From assembly GCA_964016885.1 (NCBI GenBank), contig OZ024758.1, forward strand, positions 13,516,001-13,580,000: a DNA stretch of 64,000 nucleotides, given 5' to 3'. The notes under the pieces were generated by a model that was given only the letters and a program-made list of their open reading frames with translations, was not told the DNA's origin and did no database searches. Source of the stretch: Eledone cirrhosa. Its lineage: Eukaryota. The translations under genes and the position numbers were made by a program. Below, one piece after another: positions 12,841 to 26,179 of this stretch. Positions within the stretch are counted from its first letter, which is position 1; each line of letters starts with the position of its first letter.

Positions 12841-13522
12841 CTCTATCAAGTAATGTTATTCCAAAGACCCAATATACAGATTTACATATCTGTTTACAAT
12901 ATATTTCCAAATTGTAACCTTTGAATTTTGATAGAAATCTTTGAAAAAATAAATAAATAAATAAATAACCGATATTTTTATACAATAGAATTTTTATTGG
13001 GTCAATATTTCTCGTACTTGTGAACTTTTAACTTTAAACTATTATTAATAAAAAACAGTTTTAGAAACTAATTTGTTTTGTTTTGTTTCTTTTGTGTGTT
13101 TTGTGAGTTTAAAAAAAAAATCTTTTGTTTCCTTCACAGAATTTCTATAAAAATCTCAGACAAATAACGTAGAGAATGGAAATGAAGCTTTTATAGAAGT
13201 TAATGCTTTGTTTTCTTTTAAATAAATATATTAACTCTACATTTATATATTGAGTAAATAAAGGATAAAGATCTCATAAATCCTTGTGGAGTCATAGAAG
13301 CACCGTCATATGGTGTGTCTAGGGTACATTTAAACCTGGCAGAACCCAACCCTTTCCAGGTCTGAACACAGCTGACTTTTTCTATGGAGGAAGAATCGAC
13401 CCTAGTACTAGACTGGTACTTTTATATTGAGTACTTGTCATTAAATTGGGGATTCCTCCTATCGATCTTTACTTTTCCCATACAGGAACATACAACTACA
13501 TCATTGATGTATAGGAGAGTAC

Positions 13523-13582
<60 letters not shown>

Positions 13583-13638
13583 TTCGTTTCTGAATTTGTT
13601 TAGCAAGATTCTTTATCTGAAATCGTGTGTTGAAACCG

Positions 13639-14147
13639 ATATTGTTATACTTTGGGAGGGTCATGTTGCCAATAAGAAACACACGCACCAGTTGCTTTCA
13701 CTTCAATTTAATTTATTATATATTTATAAATTTCTGGTTGGTTGGTTGGTTCCACAACCAGATAGTTGTTTATATATATATAGTCATAGTTCTTTCGTCA
13801 CACACTCTGTGACCTCTTCAGTGACTGAAAAAAATAGAAAAATGAACACAAACACACACAGACACCCGGATGTGGCGCATGCGCAAACTGAGCACACAAC
13901 CCACACACAAACAAAATGGCGTAGGATAGAAGAAAGGAAAGGCACAGAAACGAAGAAAGAAATCCCCAGTCACTGAAGAGGTCACAGAGTGTGTGACGAA
14001 AGAACTATGACTATATATATATAAACAACTATCTGGTTGTGGAACCAACCAACCAACCAGAAATTTATAAATATATAATAAATTAAATTGAAGTGAAAGC
14101 AACTGGTGCGTGTGTTTCTTATTGGCAACATGACCCTCCCAAAGTAT

Positions 14148-14155
<8 letters not shown>
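13639..14155. mobile_element. Penelope-like inverted repeat: 189-bp arms (13639-13827 / 13967-14155) with 139-bp spacer
   Basis: Arms are exact reverse complements by eye, and each holds an outward-facing hammerhead-like core. Confidence 0.75.
13968..14012 (+). ncRNA. Minimal hammerhead ribozyme motif (mirror copy 13782-13826 on -)
   Basis: AGUCA-CUGAAGA-G-GUCACA(GAGUG)UGUGAC-GAAA-GAAC-UA-UGACU: 5-bp stem I, 6-bp stem II, minimal stem III, one extra G after the core. Confidence 0.6.
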
Positions 14156-14185
<30 letters not shown>

Positions 14186-14924
14186 AGGAGTGTATATATG
14201 TTTGTATATATGTATATACATGCATAGGAGAGTATATATGTTTATATATATGTATATATGTATATATTTTTTCATGCTCAGAGTTGCTAAAACATGGAAC
14301 AAACTACCTGCATCAGTTGTTAGCTGCCAAGACACTGCATTCTTTAAAACCTCCATGCTTCCTGAAATTCGCCAACCCTACACCTGATATCCCCCCTCCA
14401 TACACGCGTACACATGTATATCATGACTCATACACTGTTCACTTCCCTGACATTTGTACATTATTCTATGTACTATACATGCACCTTTGATGAGTTGTAG
14501 TGCACCTGAGCACTGTACACAATAATTCCATTATTATTATACATGTACATGAGCGTTTATATGTTCTACATATGTATACACATGTATAGGAGTTCATATA
14601 TATGTATATACATATGTATATATAATCACTGATAATGCAGTATTATATTTACATATGTTAATCTACAATCTAGATAATGATGAATCGTATGATTTACAAT
14701 TGAAGTCTGAATTAATAATACTAATAGTCAGAGATGGTGGAAGCATTTCTGAAATGGTGGGGCCACATTTGGTCAATTTAGTTGTAGTGATTAGTTTAGC
14801 TCTTTGCACTCTAAAAATGGTCAGAAAATGCAATTTGAGTCCAAGCAGGACATATTACTTTTACAGCTTTCAATAATTATAAAGTGATTATAGCAAAATG
14901 ATCTCTGAAATCTGTCTCTGAATA

Positions 14925-15365
14925 CATATACTAGCAATTGGCAATACACATACTAGTAATTGGCAATAGACATACTAGCAATTGGCAATACACATACTAG
15001 CAATTGGTAATACATATACTAGCAATTGGCCATACATATACTAGCAATTGGTAATACATATACTAGCAATTGGTAATACACATACTAGCAATTGGCAATA
15101 TATATACTAGCAATTGGTAATACATATACTAGCAATTGGTAATACACATACTAGCAATTTGTAATACACATACTAGCAATTGGTAATACACATACTAGCA
15201 ATTGGTAATACACATACTAGAAATTACTAATACACATACTAGCAATTGGCAATACATATACCAGCAATTGGTAATACATATACTAGCAATTGGTAATACA
15301 CATACTAGCAATTGGTAATACATATACAAGCAATTGGCAATACATATACTAGCAATTGGTAATAT
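14925..15365. repeat. 22-bp minisatellite
   Basis: (TACACATACTAGCAATTGGTAA)n. Confidence 0.95.
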
Positions 15366-15467
15366 GTGGAGAAAAAGTTATGACATAACAACAAAGATAT
15401 TTACTATGAAGGTTAAAATAATATATTAAATATCAACCAAGATATAAAAAACTTCAACATGTGATAG

Positions 15468-16035
15468 GGGAGGTCATATGTGAGTTCCTTAATAGAGAAG
15501 GTCATGTGTGAGCTCCTTATTTTGGGGGTAATGCCTGAGCTCCTTATTTGGAGGTAGATATGTGGGCTCCTTATTTTGGGTTAATGTGTGAGCTCCTTAT
15601 TTTGGGGGTAATGTTTGAGCTCCTTATTTGGAGGTAGATATGAGGGCTCCTTATTTTGGGTTAATGTGTGAGCTCCTTATTTTGGGGGTAATGTTTGAGC
15701 TCCTTATTTGGAGGTAGATATGAGGGCTCCTTATTTTGGGTTAATGTGTGAACTCCTTATTTTGGGGGTAATGTTTGAGCTCCTTATTTGGAGGTAGATA
15801 TGTGGGCTCCTTATTTTGGGTTAATGTGTGAGCTCCTTATTTTGGAGGTAATGTTTGAGCTCCTTCTTTGGAGGTAGATATGAGGGCTCCTTATTTTGGG
15901 TTAATGTGTGAACTCTTTATTTGGGGGGAATGTTTGAGCTCCTTATTTTGAGGAGGTAATGTCTAAGCTCCTTATTTCGAGGGGGTAGATGTGTAAGCTC
16001 CTTATTTTGGGGAGGTCATGTGTGAGCTCCTTAAT
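15468..16035. repeat. 80-bp higher-order repeat of three 26-28-bp GCTCCTTATTT subunits
   Basis: Period 80 (15591, 15671, 15751, 15831). Confidence 0.9.
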
Positions 16036-16514
16036 AAAGATGACCCCTGCCTGACACATCACTTCAACATTTCTCATATATATAATCCTTTGTTAACATA
16101 GGATGATACATTGCAACCAGCACTCCCCCTCCCATTTGCATCACATGTCTTTACAAGTATTTAAACCTCCATCACCTCCACCACCACACCACCACCACCA
16201 CTACCACTGCCACCACCATCACCACCACCGCTACCACTACCTCCACCACCACTACCACTACCTTCACCACCACTACCACCACCACTACCACTACCTCCAC
16301 CACCACCACCACTACCACTACCACTACCTCCACCACCACCACCACCACCACCACCACCACCACCACCATCACAACTACCACTACCTCCACCACCACCATC
16401 ACGACTACCACTACCTCCACCACCACCATCACAACTACAATCATCACCACTACCGCCACCAATAATATGAGAGTGGGAGAGAAGAAGAAAGAAAGAGAAT
16501 GAGACAGTGAGCAT

Positions 16515-16571
<57 letters not shown>

Positions 16572-16752
16572 GATAAAGCCGGCAAGTGGAAGGAGTGAAA
16601 GAGAAAAAGGAAAATATATATAGACATATATATATATATATAGACATATACATATATATATATATAGACATATATATATATATATAGACATATATATATA
16701 TATATAAAACATATCTAAATATATACATATATATATATATAAATATATACAT

Positions 16753-16804
<52 letters not shown>

Positions 16805-17109
16805 TACATATATAAAGTATGTTTTTATATATGGGCCACCGGGCCACTATCTATGGTGAAACATTAAAGTACATAAGAGTGACACATAAAGTTGAGAGAA
16901 AAACAAAACCCATGTGTTTTAAAATGTGATTACAACACTTTAGTTCCTTCACCTCTTCTGTCTAACTGTGCCTTAACTCTGTATTACCATCAATCCCCAA
17001 ACTGTTTCACTGCCATCAAGTAGAAGCCATTCCCATTGTTACTTTGTTAATGTTTCTACATTTATACTGTTTGGTTTGTTTATGTATTTATCTATTTATT
17101 TATTTATAA

Positions 17110-17985
17110 GATGAGGTCACAAATGAAGATGTGCTTTGAAGAATCAATGTTGCACATCAGAGTCTTGTCACAAGGAACTGAAGAATGCAGTCAGCAGGGT
17201 ATGTCTTATGAATGGGAGGACAATAAAAACTGAAGAATGCAGCCAGCAGGGCATGTCTTACAAATGAGGGAACAATATCCCAGCAAGATCACAAATGAAG
17301 ATATTTTTTTGAAGAATCAATACCACATGCCTTGAGTTTTGTCATCAGGAGCTGAAGAATGCAGACAGCAGGGCATGTCTTACAAATGAGGGGACAATAT
17401 CCCAGCAAGATCACAAATGAAGATGTTTTTTTGAAGAATCAATACCACATGCCTTGAGTTTTGTCATCAGGAACTGAAGAATGCAGACAGCAGGGCATGT
17501 CTTACAAATGAGGGGACAATATCCCAGCAAGATCACAAATGAAGATATTTTTTTGAAGAATCAATACCACATGCCTTGAGTTTTGTCATCAGGAGCTGAA
17601 GAATGCAGCCAGCAGGGTATGTCCTAATGTCCTCCAAATGAGGAACAATATCCCAGCAAAATCATGAACAAAGATGTGCTTGAAAGAGCCAGTACCAGAC
17701 ACCTGAATCTTGTCATTAAGAGCTGAAGAATGCAGCTGGCAGAGCATGTTCTAATGTCGTATGAATGAGAGACAATATCCCAGTTAGAACTGTAATGTCA
17801 TGGTTACCAGCTGGTTGGAAGAGACCAAAGGGTTAGGTGGGCCAAAGAAGATCTGGAGATTCACCCTAAAAGATGACTTTCGCAGGTGTGGCACAAACTG
17901 GTTTCAAGTACCAACCCTTGCCAGAAAAAGAGAAAGATGGAAAAGAATAGCGGCCCATTACTGTGAGTCTGGAGGAACCAGATGA
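17110..17985 (+). repeat. 122-bp tandem repeat running into an RTE LINE 3' end
   Basis: Period 122 (17281, 17403, 17525), then ...PKKIWRFTLKDDFRRCGTNW.QVPTLARKRERWKRI. Confidence 0.85.
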
Positions 17986-19269
17986 TGACCAGATTTATTC
18001 ATATATTTTGGTTTAATGCTTTGGTCAGGAGTCAAAGGTTTGATTTTACAGTCTCTCCAAGACATGATGGGGTTGATACAATTAATGTTCTTCTTAAACA
18101 TAATCCACATCAAACTATGAAGGGTAAAAGTACCAGATGAATGTCAGATGATCCTTCATTCTAGCGCTTCAGTTTCATCATTATCATCATCATCATCATT
18201 TTACGTCCGCTCTTCCCTACTTGCAGGGGTGGGACGGGAACTGATTCTGGCTTGATTTCTACAGCTGGATGCCCTTCCTAACACCAACCTCATTTACAGT
18301 GAGTGCTGGGTGCTTTTTTGCTGTGGCACCTCCACGACCACTTTGCAGTGGAATGATAGGGACGCTAGTCCCTATCATCTCATTTCTACAGCTGAGTAAA
18401 CTGGAGCAATGTGAAATAAAGTGTCTTGCTCAAGGAAACAACACATCACCCGGTCTGAGAATTGAACTCACAACCTTTCGATTGCAAGGCCAATGCTCTA
18501 ACCCCTAAGCCATGTGCCTTCATGTGCCTTCATGTGCCAATCTAAAGCTAGTATTAAAGTGTGAATTATTCATATTTATATTTAGTCGATATATATATAT
18601 ATATATCGACAATTAATCAACAAGATCCCAGACTTCATTCGTTTAACGAGTGGGGTGGAGCTTGTCAAATTGAACCAAGGAAACAATGTTTCCATTGGTC
18701 TTTCCAATTGCTAATACTCTCTATTGGTTGCAAATCCAGGTAGAAGGAGCAATGTGAAATAAAGTGTCTCGCTCAAGGACATAACACATCGCCCAGTCTG
18801 GTAATTGAACTCACAACCTCACGATTGCGAACCCAATTCTCTAACCACTCAGCCATGCGCCTTCACTATATGACTATATAAGGCGGTGAAGTGGCAGAGT
18901 TGTTAGAACGTCGGATAGAATGCCTTGTGCTATTTGGTCTGACTCTCGGCTCTCTGAGTTCAAATCCCACCGAGGTCAACTTTGTCTTTCATCCATTTTC
19001 AACTATTCTTCTCTGGAAAAAAATTTACTGTATTCAGACCTGGAGAAGAGATGGACTCTGCCAGACTTTAAAATGTTCAAGAGACCCCGTATTCCATTAC
19101 GGTACCACTGCGACTCCCTCAGGAATTAAGGGCACTATAACATCACACATCGCTAAATATATGTAGCAAAAAAAAAAATATATATATCTGTTCTTCTCAT
19201 CAACAAACAAACTTAATTCACGTTTAGATGCACTCGTACACTCACATACATACATTCTCTTTAACACAT

Positions 19270-19323
<54 letters not shown>

Positions 19324-19630
19324 TCACACACACACACATTGACACACAGACACGCACACATTGACACCCACACACCCTGACACACATCAGCATGTGACAC
19401 CCATACACTGACACACACACACACACATACACACGCTGACACACACACTGACACTGACCCCCCCCCCCACACACACACACCCACACACCCTGACATACAT
19501 TGGCATGTGACATCCTCTACTGTAACCACAAGATCTCTAACACACATTCAAATGTTCCACTAAAAAACATGTCCCACAAATTAATCACAAGTTGCTAAAC
19601 CATTTTTTAATACTGTTCTTTAATTCTTCC

Positions 19631-19673
<43 letters not shown>

Positions 19674-19839
19674 GTCTATCATTATGTATATATATGTATA
19701 TATATATATCTGAGTTCTAATCTCGCCGAGGTTAACTTTGCCTTTCATCCTTACGGGGTCGATAAAATAAAGTACCAGTAATGCACTGGGTAATTGCTGG
19801 CCTTGTGCCAAAAAGTATAAAAAATTATGTATATGTATG

Positions 19840-19894
<55 letters not shown>

Positions 19895-19988
19895 TTTCAT
19901 TCTTTAGAAATCATCAGGAATCTGATTCCTGATGATTTCTAAAGAATGAAACAGTTCTAGTCCTGTAGAATCTCATCTATATTAAAAC

Positions 19989-19990
<2 letters not shown>
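19895..19990. mobile_element. PLE fragment with perfect 28-bp-arm palindrome and partial hammerhead
   Basis: 19895-19922 / 19924-19951 are exact inverted arms with CUGAUGA...GAAA-CAGUUCUA-GUC. A related fragment lies at ~35757-35800. Confidence 0.55.
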
Positions 19991-20025
<35 letters not shown>

Positions 20026-20030
20026 GTATT

Positions 20031-20072
<42 letters not shown>

Positions 20073-20444
20073 GATATCATCATCATCATCATTTTACACC
20101 CGCTCTTCCACACTAGCATGGGTTAGACGGGTTGTCCTGTTGTGGGCAGTGTCTGGTCGGCTGACCTTGTCTTGCTCATACGGGAACTGATTCTCGCTTG
20201 ATTTCTACAGCTGGATGCCCTACCTAACGCCCTTCCTACAGTGAATGCTGGGTACTTTTTTTCCGTGGCACCTCCACGTTCACTTTGCAGTGGAATGATA
20301 GGGACCCCAGTCCCTATCATCTCATTTCTACAGCTGAGTAAACTGGAGCAATGTGAAATAAAGTGTCTTGCTTAAGGAAACAACACATCACCCGATCCGA
20401 GAATTGAACTCACAATATATATATATATATATATAAATGCATAG

Positions 20445-20518
<74 letters not shown>

Positions 20519-20533
20519 GCATAGATATATAGA

Positions 20534-20568
<35 letters not shown>

Positions 20569-20571
20569 GTG

Positions 20572-20615
<44 letters not shown>

Positions 20616-22855
20616 TATCTTCCTCCACACCCACTCTCATCATCCTCTATTTCCTTCCTCTTCCCCCTCCTCTCTCATGTGATCATCCAGTTGACATAAA
20701 TTTGGATGGTAATGTCAATTTGATATTATAGTTCTCTGTAAACTTTGAGTGCTGTTGTGGTTGTTGTTGGTGGTGGTGCTTGTGGTGGTGGTTGTGGTGT
20801 CGGCAGTGGTGGTGGTGGTGGTGGTGGTTGTGGTGGTGGTGGTGGTGGTGGTGGTGGTGGTGGTGGTGGTGGTGGTGGTGGTTGTGGTGGTGGTGGTGGT
20901 GGTGGTGGTGGTGGTGGTTGTGGTGGTGGTTGTGGTTGTGGTGGTGTTGGCAGTGGTGTTGGCAGTGGTGGTGTTGGCAGTGGTGGTGGTGGCTGTGGTG
21001 GTGGTGGTGGTGTTGGCTGTGGTGTCAGCAGTGGTGGCGGTGGTGGTGGTGGTGGTGGTGGTGGCTGTGGTGGTGGCTGTGGTGGTGTTGGCAGTGGTGG
21101 TGGCTGTGGTGGTGGTGGTGGTGTTGGCTGTGGTGGTGGCTGTGGTGGTGGTTGTGGTGGTGGTAGTGGTGGTGTTGGCAGTGGTGGTGGCTGTGGTGGT
21201 GGTTGTGGTGGTGGTTGTGGTGGTGGTGGTGGTGGTGGTGGTGGTGTTGGCAGTGGTGGTGGTTGTGGTTGTGGTTGTGGTGGTGGTGTTGGCAGTGGTG
21301 GTCGCTGTGGTGGTGGTTGTGGTGTCGGCAGTGGTGTTGGTGGTGGTCATGGTTGTAGTAGCTATGATAAATAAGCAATTTATGATAAATAAACCAATTT
21401 TCCAAAAAACTATATTATCTTTACCATGTGAAATACAACAAAGATATTAACCCTTTAACATTTACATTACTCTGTATGTACAATGGCGGTGGATTTGCAG
21501 TATCGGTAGAAGGTCGGACGCCATGCTTTCCAGCATAGTTACGTCCCTTTATGATCTGAGTTCAAATCCCGCCGAGGTTGACTTTGCCTTTCATCCTTAC
21601 GGGGTCGATAAAATAAAGTACCAGTAATGCACTGGGTAATTGCTGGCCTTGTGCCTAAAGTAGAAACAATTACTCTGTATATACAATTTTATTTTTGCGG
21701 TAAAGGCTTTATCTCACATAATATCGAATCTATGGGAATTTGATATTATTTATTTTGAGAACAATACCTTAACATCAGTATGAGTGGCTGGTTGCAGCCA
21801 GTTTGAACAGAAAGAGGTGAGAGAATTCTGGCTGTATATAGTTGGTTTAAATGATAAAGGATTAAAGAGATGGATATTCATGAGGCTAGAATGTCTCGGG
21901 AAAGAATCGCTGGAATCATTCCAGGTAGAGCCACGACTTCTCTGAATTGAGAGATCGCAGCTCCGATACTATGGACATGGGGCTAGAATGTCTCAGGAAG
22001 GATTCACTGGACAGATTTTACAGGCAAACCCAGCTGGCAAGAGAACCAGGGGTAGACCTTGAGCAAGATGGTTGGATATCATACATGAGATTGGCTGGTC
22101 ATGTTGGAGACGGTTGCTTCTCACGGGACCTGCTAGAAGGAGTGTTTGAGGACTCTGCCTCCCCTACGACCCTCTCAGGAATAAGTAGGCGGAGGAGAAA
22201 AAAAGGAGAATAAAGAAGAAGAAGAAGAAGAAGAAGAAGAAGGCAATGACGACAAAGACGAAGATATTAATAATTGTTTCTATTTTAGGCACAAGGCCAG
22301 CAATTACCCAGTACATTACTGGTACTTTATTTTATCGACCCCGTAAGGATGAAAGGCAAAGTTAACCTCGGCGGGATTTGAACTCAGATCATAAAGGGAC
22401 GTAACTCTATGCTTCAAAGCATGGCGTCCGACTCTCTACCGATACTGCCAATCCACCTCGCTGAAGAAGGAGAAGATATTAATAATTGTTTCTACTTTAG
22501 GCACAAGGCCAGCAATTACCCAGTGCATTACTGGTACTCTATTTTATCGACCCCGTAAGGATGAAAGGTAAAGTAATAATTTAATTTTTATGCCAGAGTT
22601 CCCTGAGATATGAAGACTATTTCATGGGTTTCACAGAGGTAAAAAAGGGTTGAGAAACACTGGCGTAGAGTATTGAGGGGAAAAAAGACCTTCCAACAAA
22701 TTTGTTAGAAAGATGTGTGATAAATGGTTAGCAAGGCCAGGGTGAATAACCTCATTCTCAATAGTCTGTTAGGGCATAACTGCAATTTGAGAAAGGTCAC
22801 AGCTTTTGTTGTAAACAGTCCAGAATTTTCTCATTGGCTTTAGGAGTATTGGAAC

Positions 22856-22886
<31 letters not shown>

Positions 22887-22997
22887 TGTATGTATGTATG
22901 TATGTATGTATGTAGGTAGGTATGTATGTATGTATGCATGTACATACGTACGTATGAATGTATGTATGTATGTATGTATGTATGTATGTACGTATGT

Positions 22998-23280
22998 AAA
23001 TATCATCTTGGTTAAGAGAGTGGGACTGGCAATGCTCACTATAAAAGCTTCACGGCACAGGCATTGCTTTATATCTGGAGATCTCTCTGCACTTGTCGTC
23101 ACAAGGTACCATGGGCCCAGCACTATGTGTCAATAATTGTCACAAGTGTAGTGTTTGTACCAGAGTTTTCAAGTCGCTGGCTGGACTAAAAAGTCACACT
23201 CGTTCAGCACATCGGTAGGGGTTCTCCTACATGGATATAAAGTAGTGGCCGTACTCGAAAACGAGTTGGCAGCCACTATG
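22998..23280 (+). mobile_element. RTE-BovB-like LINE 3' end with C2H2 finger; shorter copy at 48826-48948 (-)
   Basis: [22 protein letters not shown] followed by the tail GGCCGTACTCGAAAACGAGTTGGCAGCCA. A similar tail ends the element at ~23405-23752. Confidence 0.6.
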
Positions 23281-23792
23281 TACGTATGTACGTATATGTG
23301 TATGCATGTATGTAAAGGGTGGAAGAACTCATAAGAGTCAATGGCCATCCAAAAATGTGTAAATATGTATATACGCATGTACATATGTATGTGTATATAT
23401 ATGCGCGGGGGACATAGAAATAGTTGGGCTGGATACCCGATCGCACGGTTAAACCACTGGGAGTAAAGGACCCCTAGCCTTTGTCAGGGCATTCTTCTAG
23501 GAGAAGGCAACTCAGGAAACTGGGATAACTCTGACATAAAACCTGCGGCTCAGTAGTTACCGATGATGTTGATCTTTTCTTCTTTTCGGGTTATAGCTAC
23601 TGCCGCTCAGAGAGTGGGATTGGCTCAGTGCACAGTCTTTCCTCACTTTAAAAAAATCTTTGTGCACAGGCATTGCACGATGGAATTAATTAATAATTAC
23701 TAATAATGGTATATCGTGCAATGGCCATTCTCGATAACGAGGGGGCAGCCATCATGCATGTATGTATGTATGTATATATGTATGTATGTATA

Positions 23793-24574
23793 TTCTTCTG
23801 GTTTTATAATTTTACAAATTTTTTCCCAATAGAGAGAGAGTCGGTTTCTAACATAGACACAAGACTCAATCATTGAAATTTACACATCAACTAGGTAGAT
23901 TATATGTATGTCTGCATGCATGCATGTGTAGATATGGATGTTATTGTATGTGTGGATGTGGATGTTTTGAGTTGTATGTGTGCATGTGTATATGCTTTGT
24001 ATCTGTACATGTGTATATGCAGTTATTAGATGCAAATTTTTTGGAATGTTTTACATATTTTTACTGTTCCATTAATGGATTGTACTTGTAATTTCCTAAC
24101 TAGTTGTGTTCTTTCTGTTCCTGTGAAACCTAGCTTCTCAAGATTTGTATTGAGGCAGTTACTAACATATCCCAGTGCCCCAATAATCACAGGCATAAAT
24201 CTGAAGGTGTAATCAGGGTGGAGTATCTGCAGATTTCTCATCAGTTCTGCATAAATATTCTCCTATGTATGTATGTATGTATGTATGTATGTATGTATGT
24301 ATGTATGTATCTATGTATCTATGTATGTATGTATGTATGTATGTATGTATGAATGTATGTTCTTCTGGTTTTATAATTTCACAAACTTTTTCCAACAGAG
24401 AGAGAGTCGGTTTCTAACATAGATACAAGACTTTCTCATTGGAATTTACACAACATTAACTAGGGAGATATGTATGTGTACCTCAGTACCCCAATAATCA
24501 CAGGCATAAATCTGAAAGTATAATCAGGGTGGAGTATCTGCAGATTTCTCATTAGTTCTGCATAAATATTCTCC
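23793..24574 (-). mobile_element. R4/Dong-like (REL endonuclease) non-LTR 3' fragments, two copies in (TATG)n
   Basis: ENIYAELMRNLQILHPDYTFRFMPVIIGALGYV...GTVKICKTF plus 3' UTR; copies at 23793-24263 and 24360-24574. Confidence 0.65.
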
Positions 24575-25882
24575 TATGTATGTATATATGTACGTACATA
24601 TGAATATATGTATGTATGTACGTATGTATCAACATATATATACATATGTGTATGTGTGTAATGTGGCCATGTAGGTAACACGGTAAAAAGTTCCCAGTTC
24701 CACACTGTAAATGTGGTTGGTGTTAGGAAGGGCATCCAGCCATAGAAAACCTGCCAGATAGTCCTATACGAGCGAGACACGGTCACCCAACCAACCTTGC
24801 CTCAAGTGGGACAACTTCCGTCTAACCCTTGCTAGCGTGGAAGATGGACGTTAAACGAAGATGATGATGATGTGTATATACATGTATGTAAAGACGCAGT
24901 AGAAGAAGACCATGAAAAACATGAGTGGAGGTAGTGAGAGCTGACCTCGGATCGCTGAAGCTCACAGAAGGGATGGATCTGAACTCAGAATTTAAAGAAC
25001 CAGAACAAATACTACAATAACATTTTACCCGACACTCTTCCAATTCTGACCATCCACCCTCCTTATGATTTCTTATGTAGCTACAAGGCTAGTCATTTCG
25101 GATGGAAGGGTAAGTTGATTATATCATCCCCCAGTACATGACAGGTACTTTATTTTGTCAACCTCAGAAATGATGAAAGGACATAAAATGAGAATGATGA
25201 TAATGCAGTCATAGTGCTGCTTTGTATATTTCAGGAATGTCTTGTTAATGTGGTTTTACGTGCAACAGGACTTTTAGAGTTAAATTTGCATATCTGTAAA
25301 TCATCATCACCATTGTTTAACGTCTATCTTCCATGCTAGCATGTGTTAGACGACAATAGAAAAAAATTCTGGAAACAGGATGTGAAATGTCTGTGATTAA
25401 GTTTACAACAGTTGTTTGTCTAATTATGTATTTCCAGTTGAGTGCAACAACAACAACAACAACAAAAATCATGACAAAAACACGATCAAAAGCAGAAAAA
25501 AAAAGACATTCCATCATCATTTCATTTTACGTCCGCTTTTTCCCTGCTTGCAAGGCTTTGACATGACCAAAACCTAACAGAAAGAAGTGGATGTCAACCA
25601 GGGAGGGGTTCCTCTAACAGGAATGAGAAGGTCTTGGATCGGATTGAATTGGATTGTATATATATCATCATCATCATCATCATTTCATTTTACGTCCGCT
25701 TTTTCCCTGCTTGCAAGATATATATATATATAATATATATAATTGTCTTCCTGTCTTCCTCCGGTTGCAACGTTTTTTGAAATATTTACTTCTGCGTTCA
25801 CAGATTGACTTTTTTAGTTTCAGAAGATCCCATTAAAGGTGAAAGCAGCGATTCTTTGCTTAAACTTTAATCTGTTATTTTA

Positions 25883-25925
<43 letters not shown>

Positions 25926-25966
25926 CGAAACATAAGTCACTTGCATGAACTCATAATCCTTTATTT

Positions 25967-26021
25967 ACTGCTATATATATTTTGATGACAGCCATTAAAG
26001 GCTATGACCTCATCAGGCAGT
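25967..26021 (-). ncRNA. Decayed hammerhead ribozyme (GAAA mutated to AAAA)
   Basis: Minus strand ACUGC-CUGAUGA-GGUCAUAGCC..GGCUGUCAUC-AAAA-UAUAUA-UA-GCAGU. A partial sister copy at ~37812-37846 keeps CC-GAAA. Confidence 0.55.
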
Positions 26022-26084
26022 TAGTCAGTTCTTAGATATGCCAGCTCTGTGTGTATAGTGTTGATGGTATCAGAGCCTTGGGAC

Positions 26085-26179
<95 letters not shown>

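Noticed and set aside
20715-21450. Gly/Cys-rich ORF resembling a structural protein (also the His- and Gly/Ser-rich ORFs at 16103-16847 and those at 10584-11031)
   Set aside because: (GGT)n-type microsatellites open in most frames, with no signal peptide or convincing exon boundaries.
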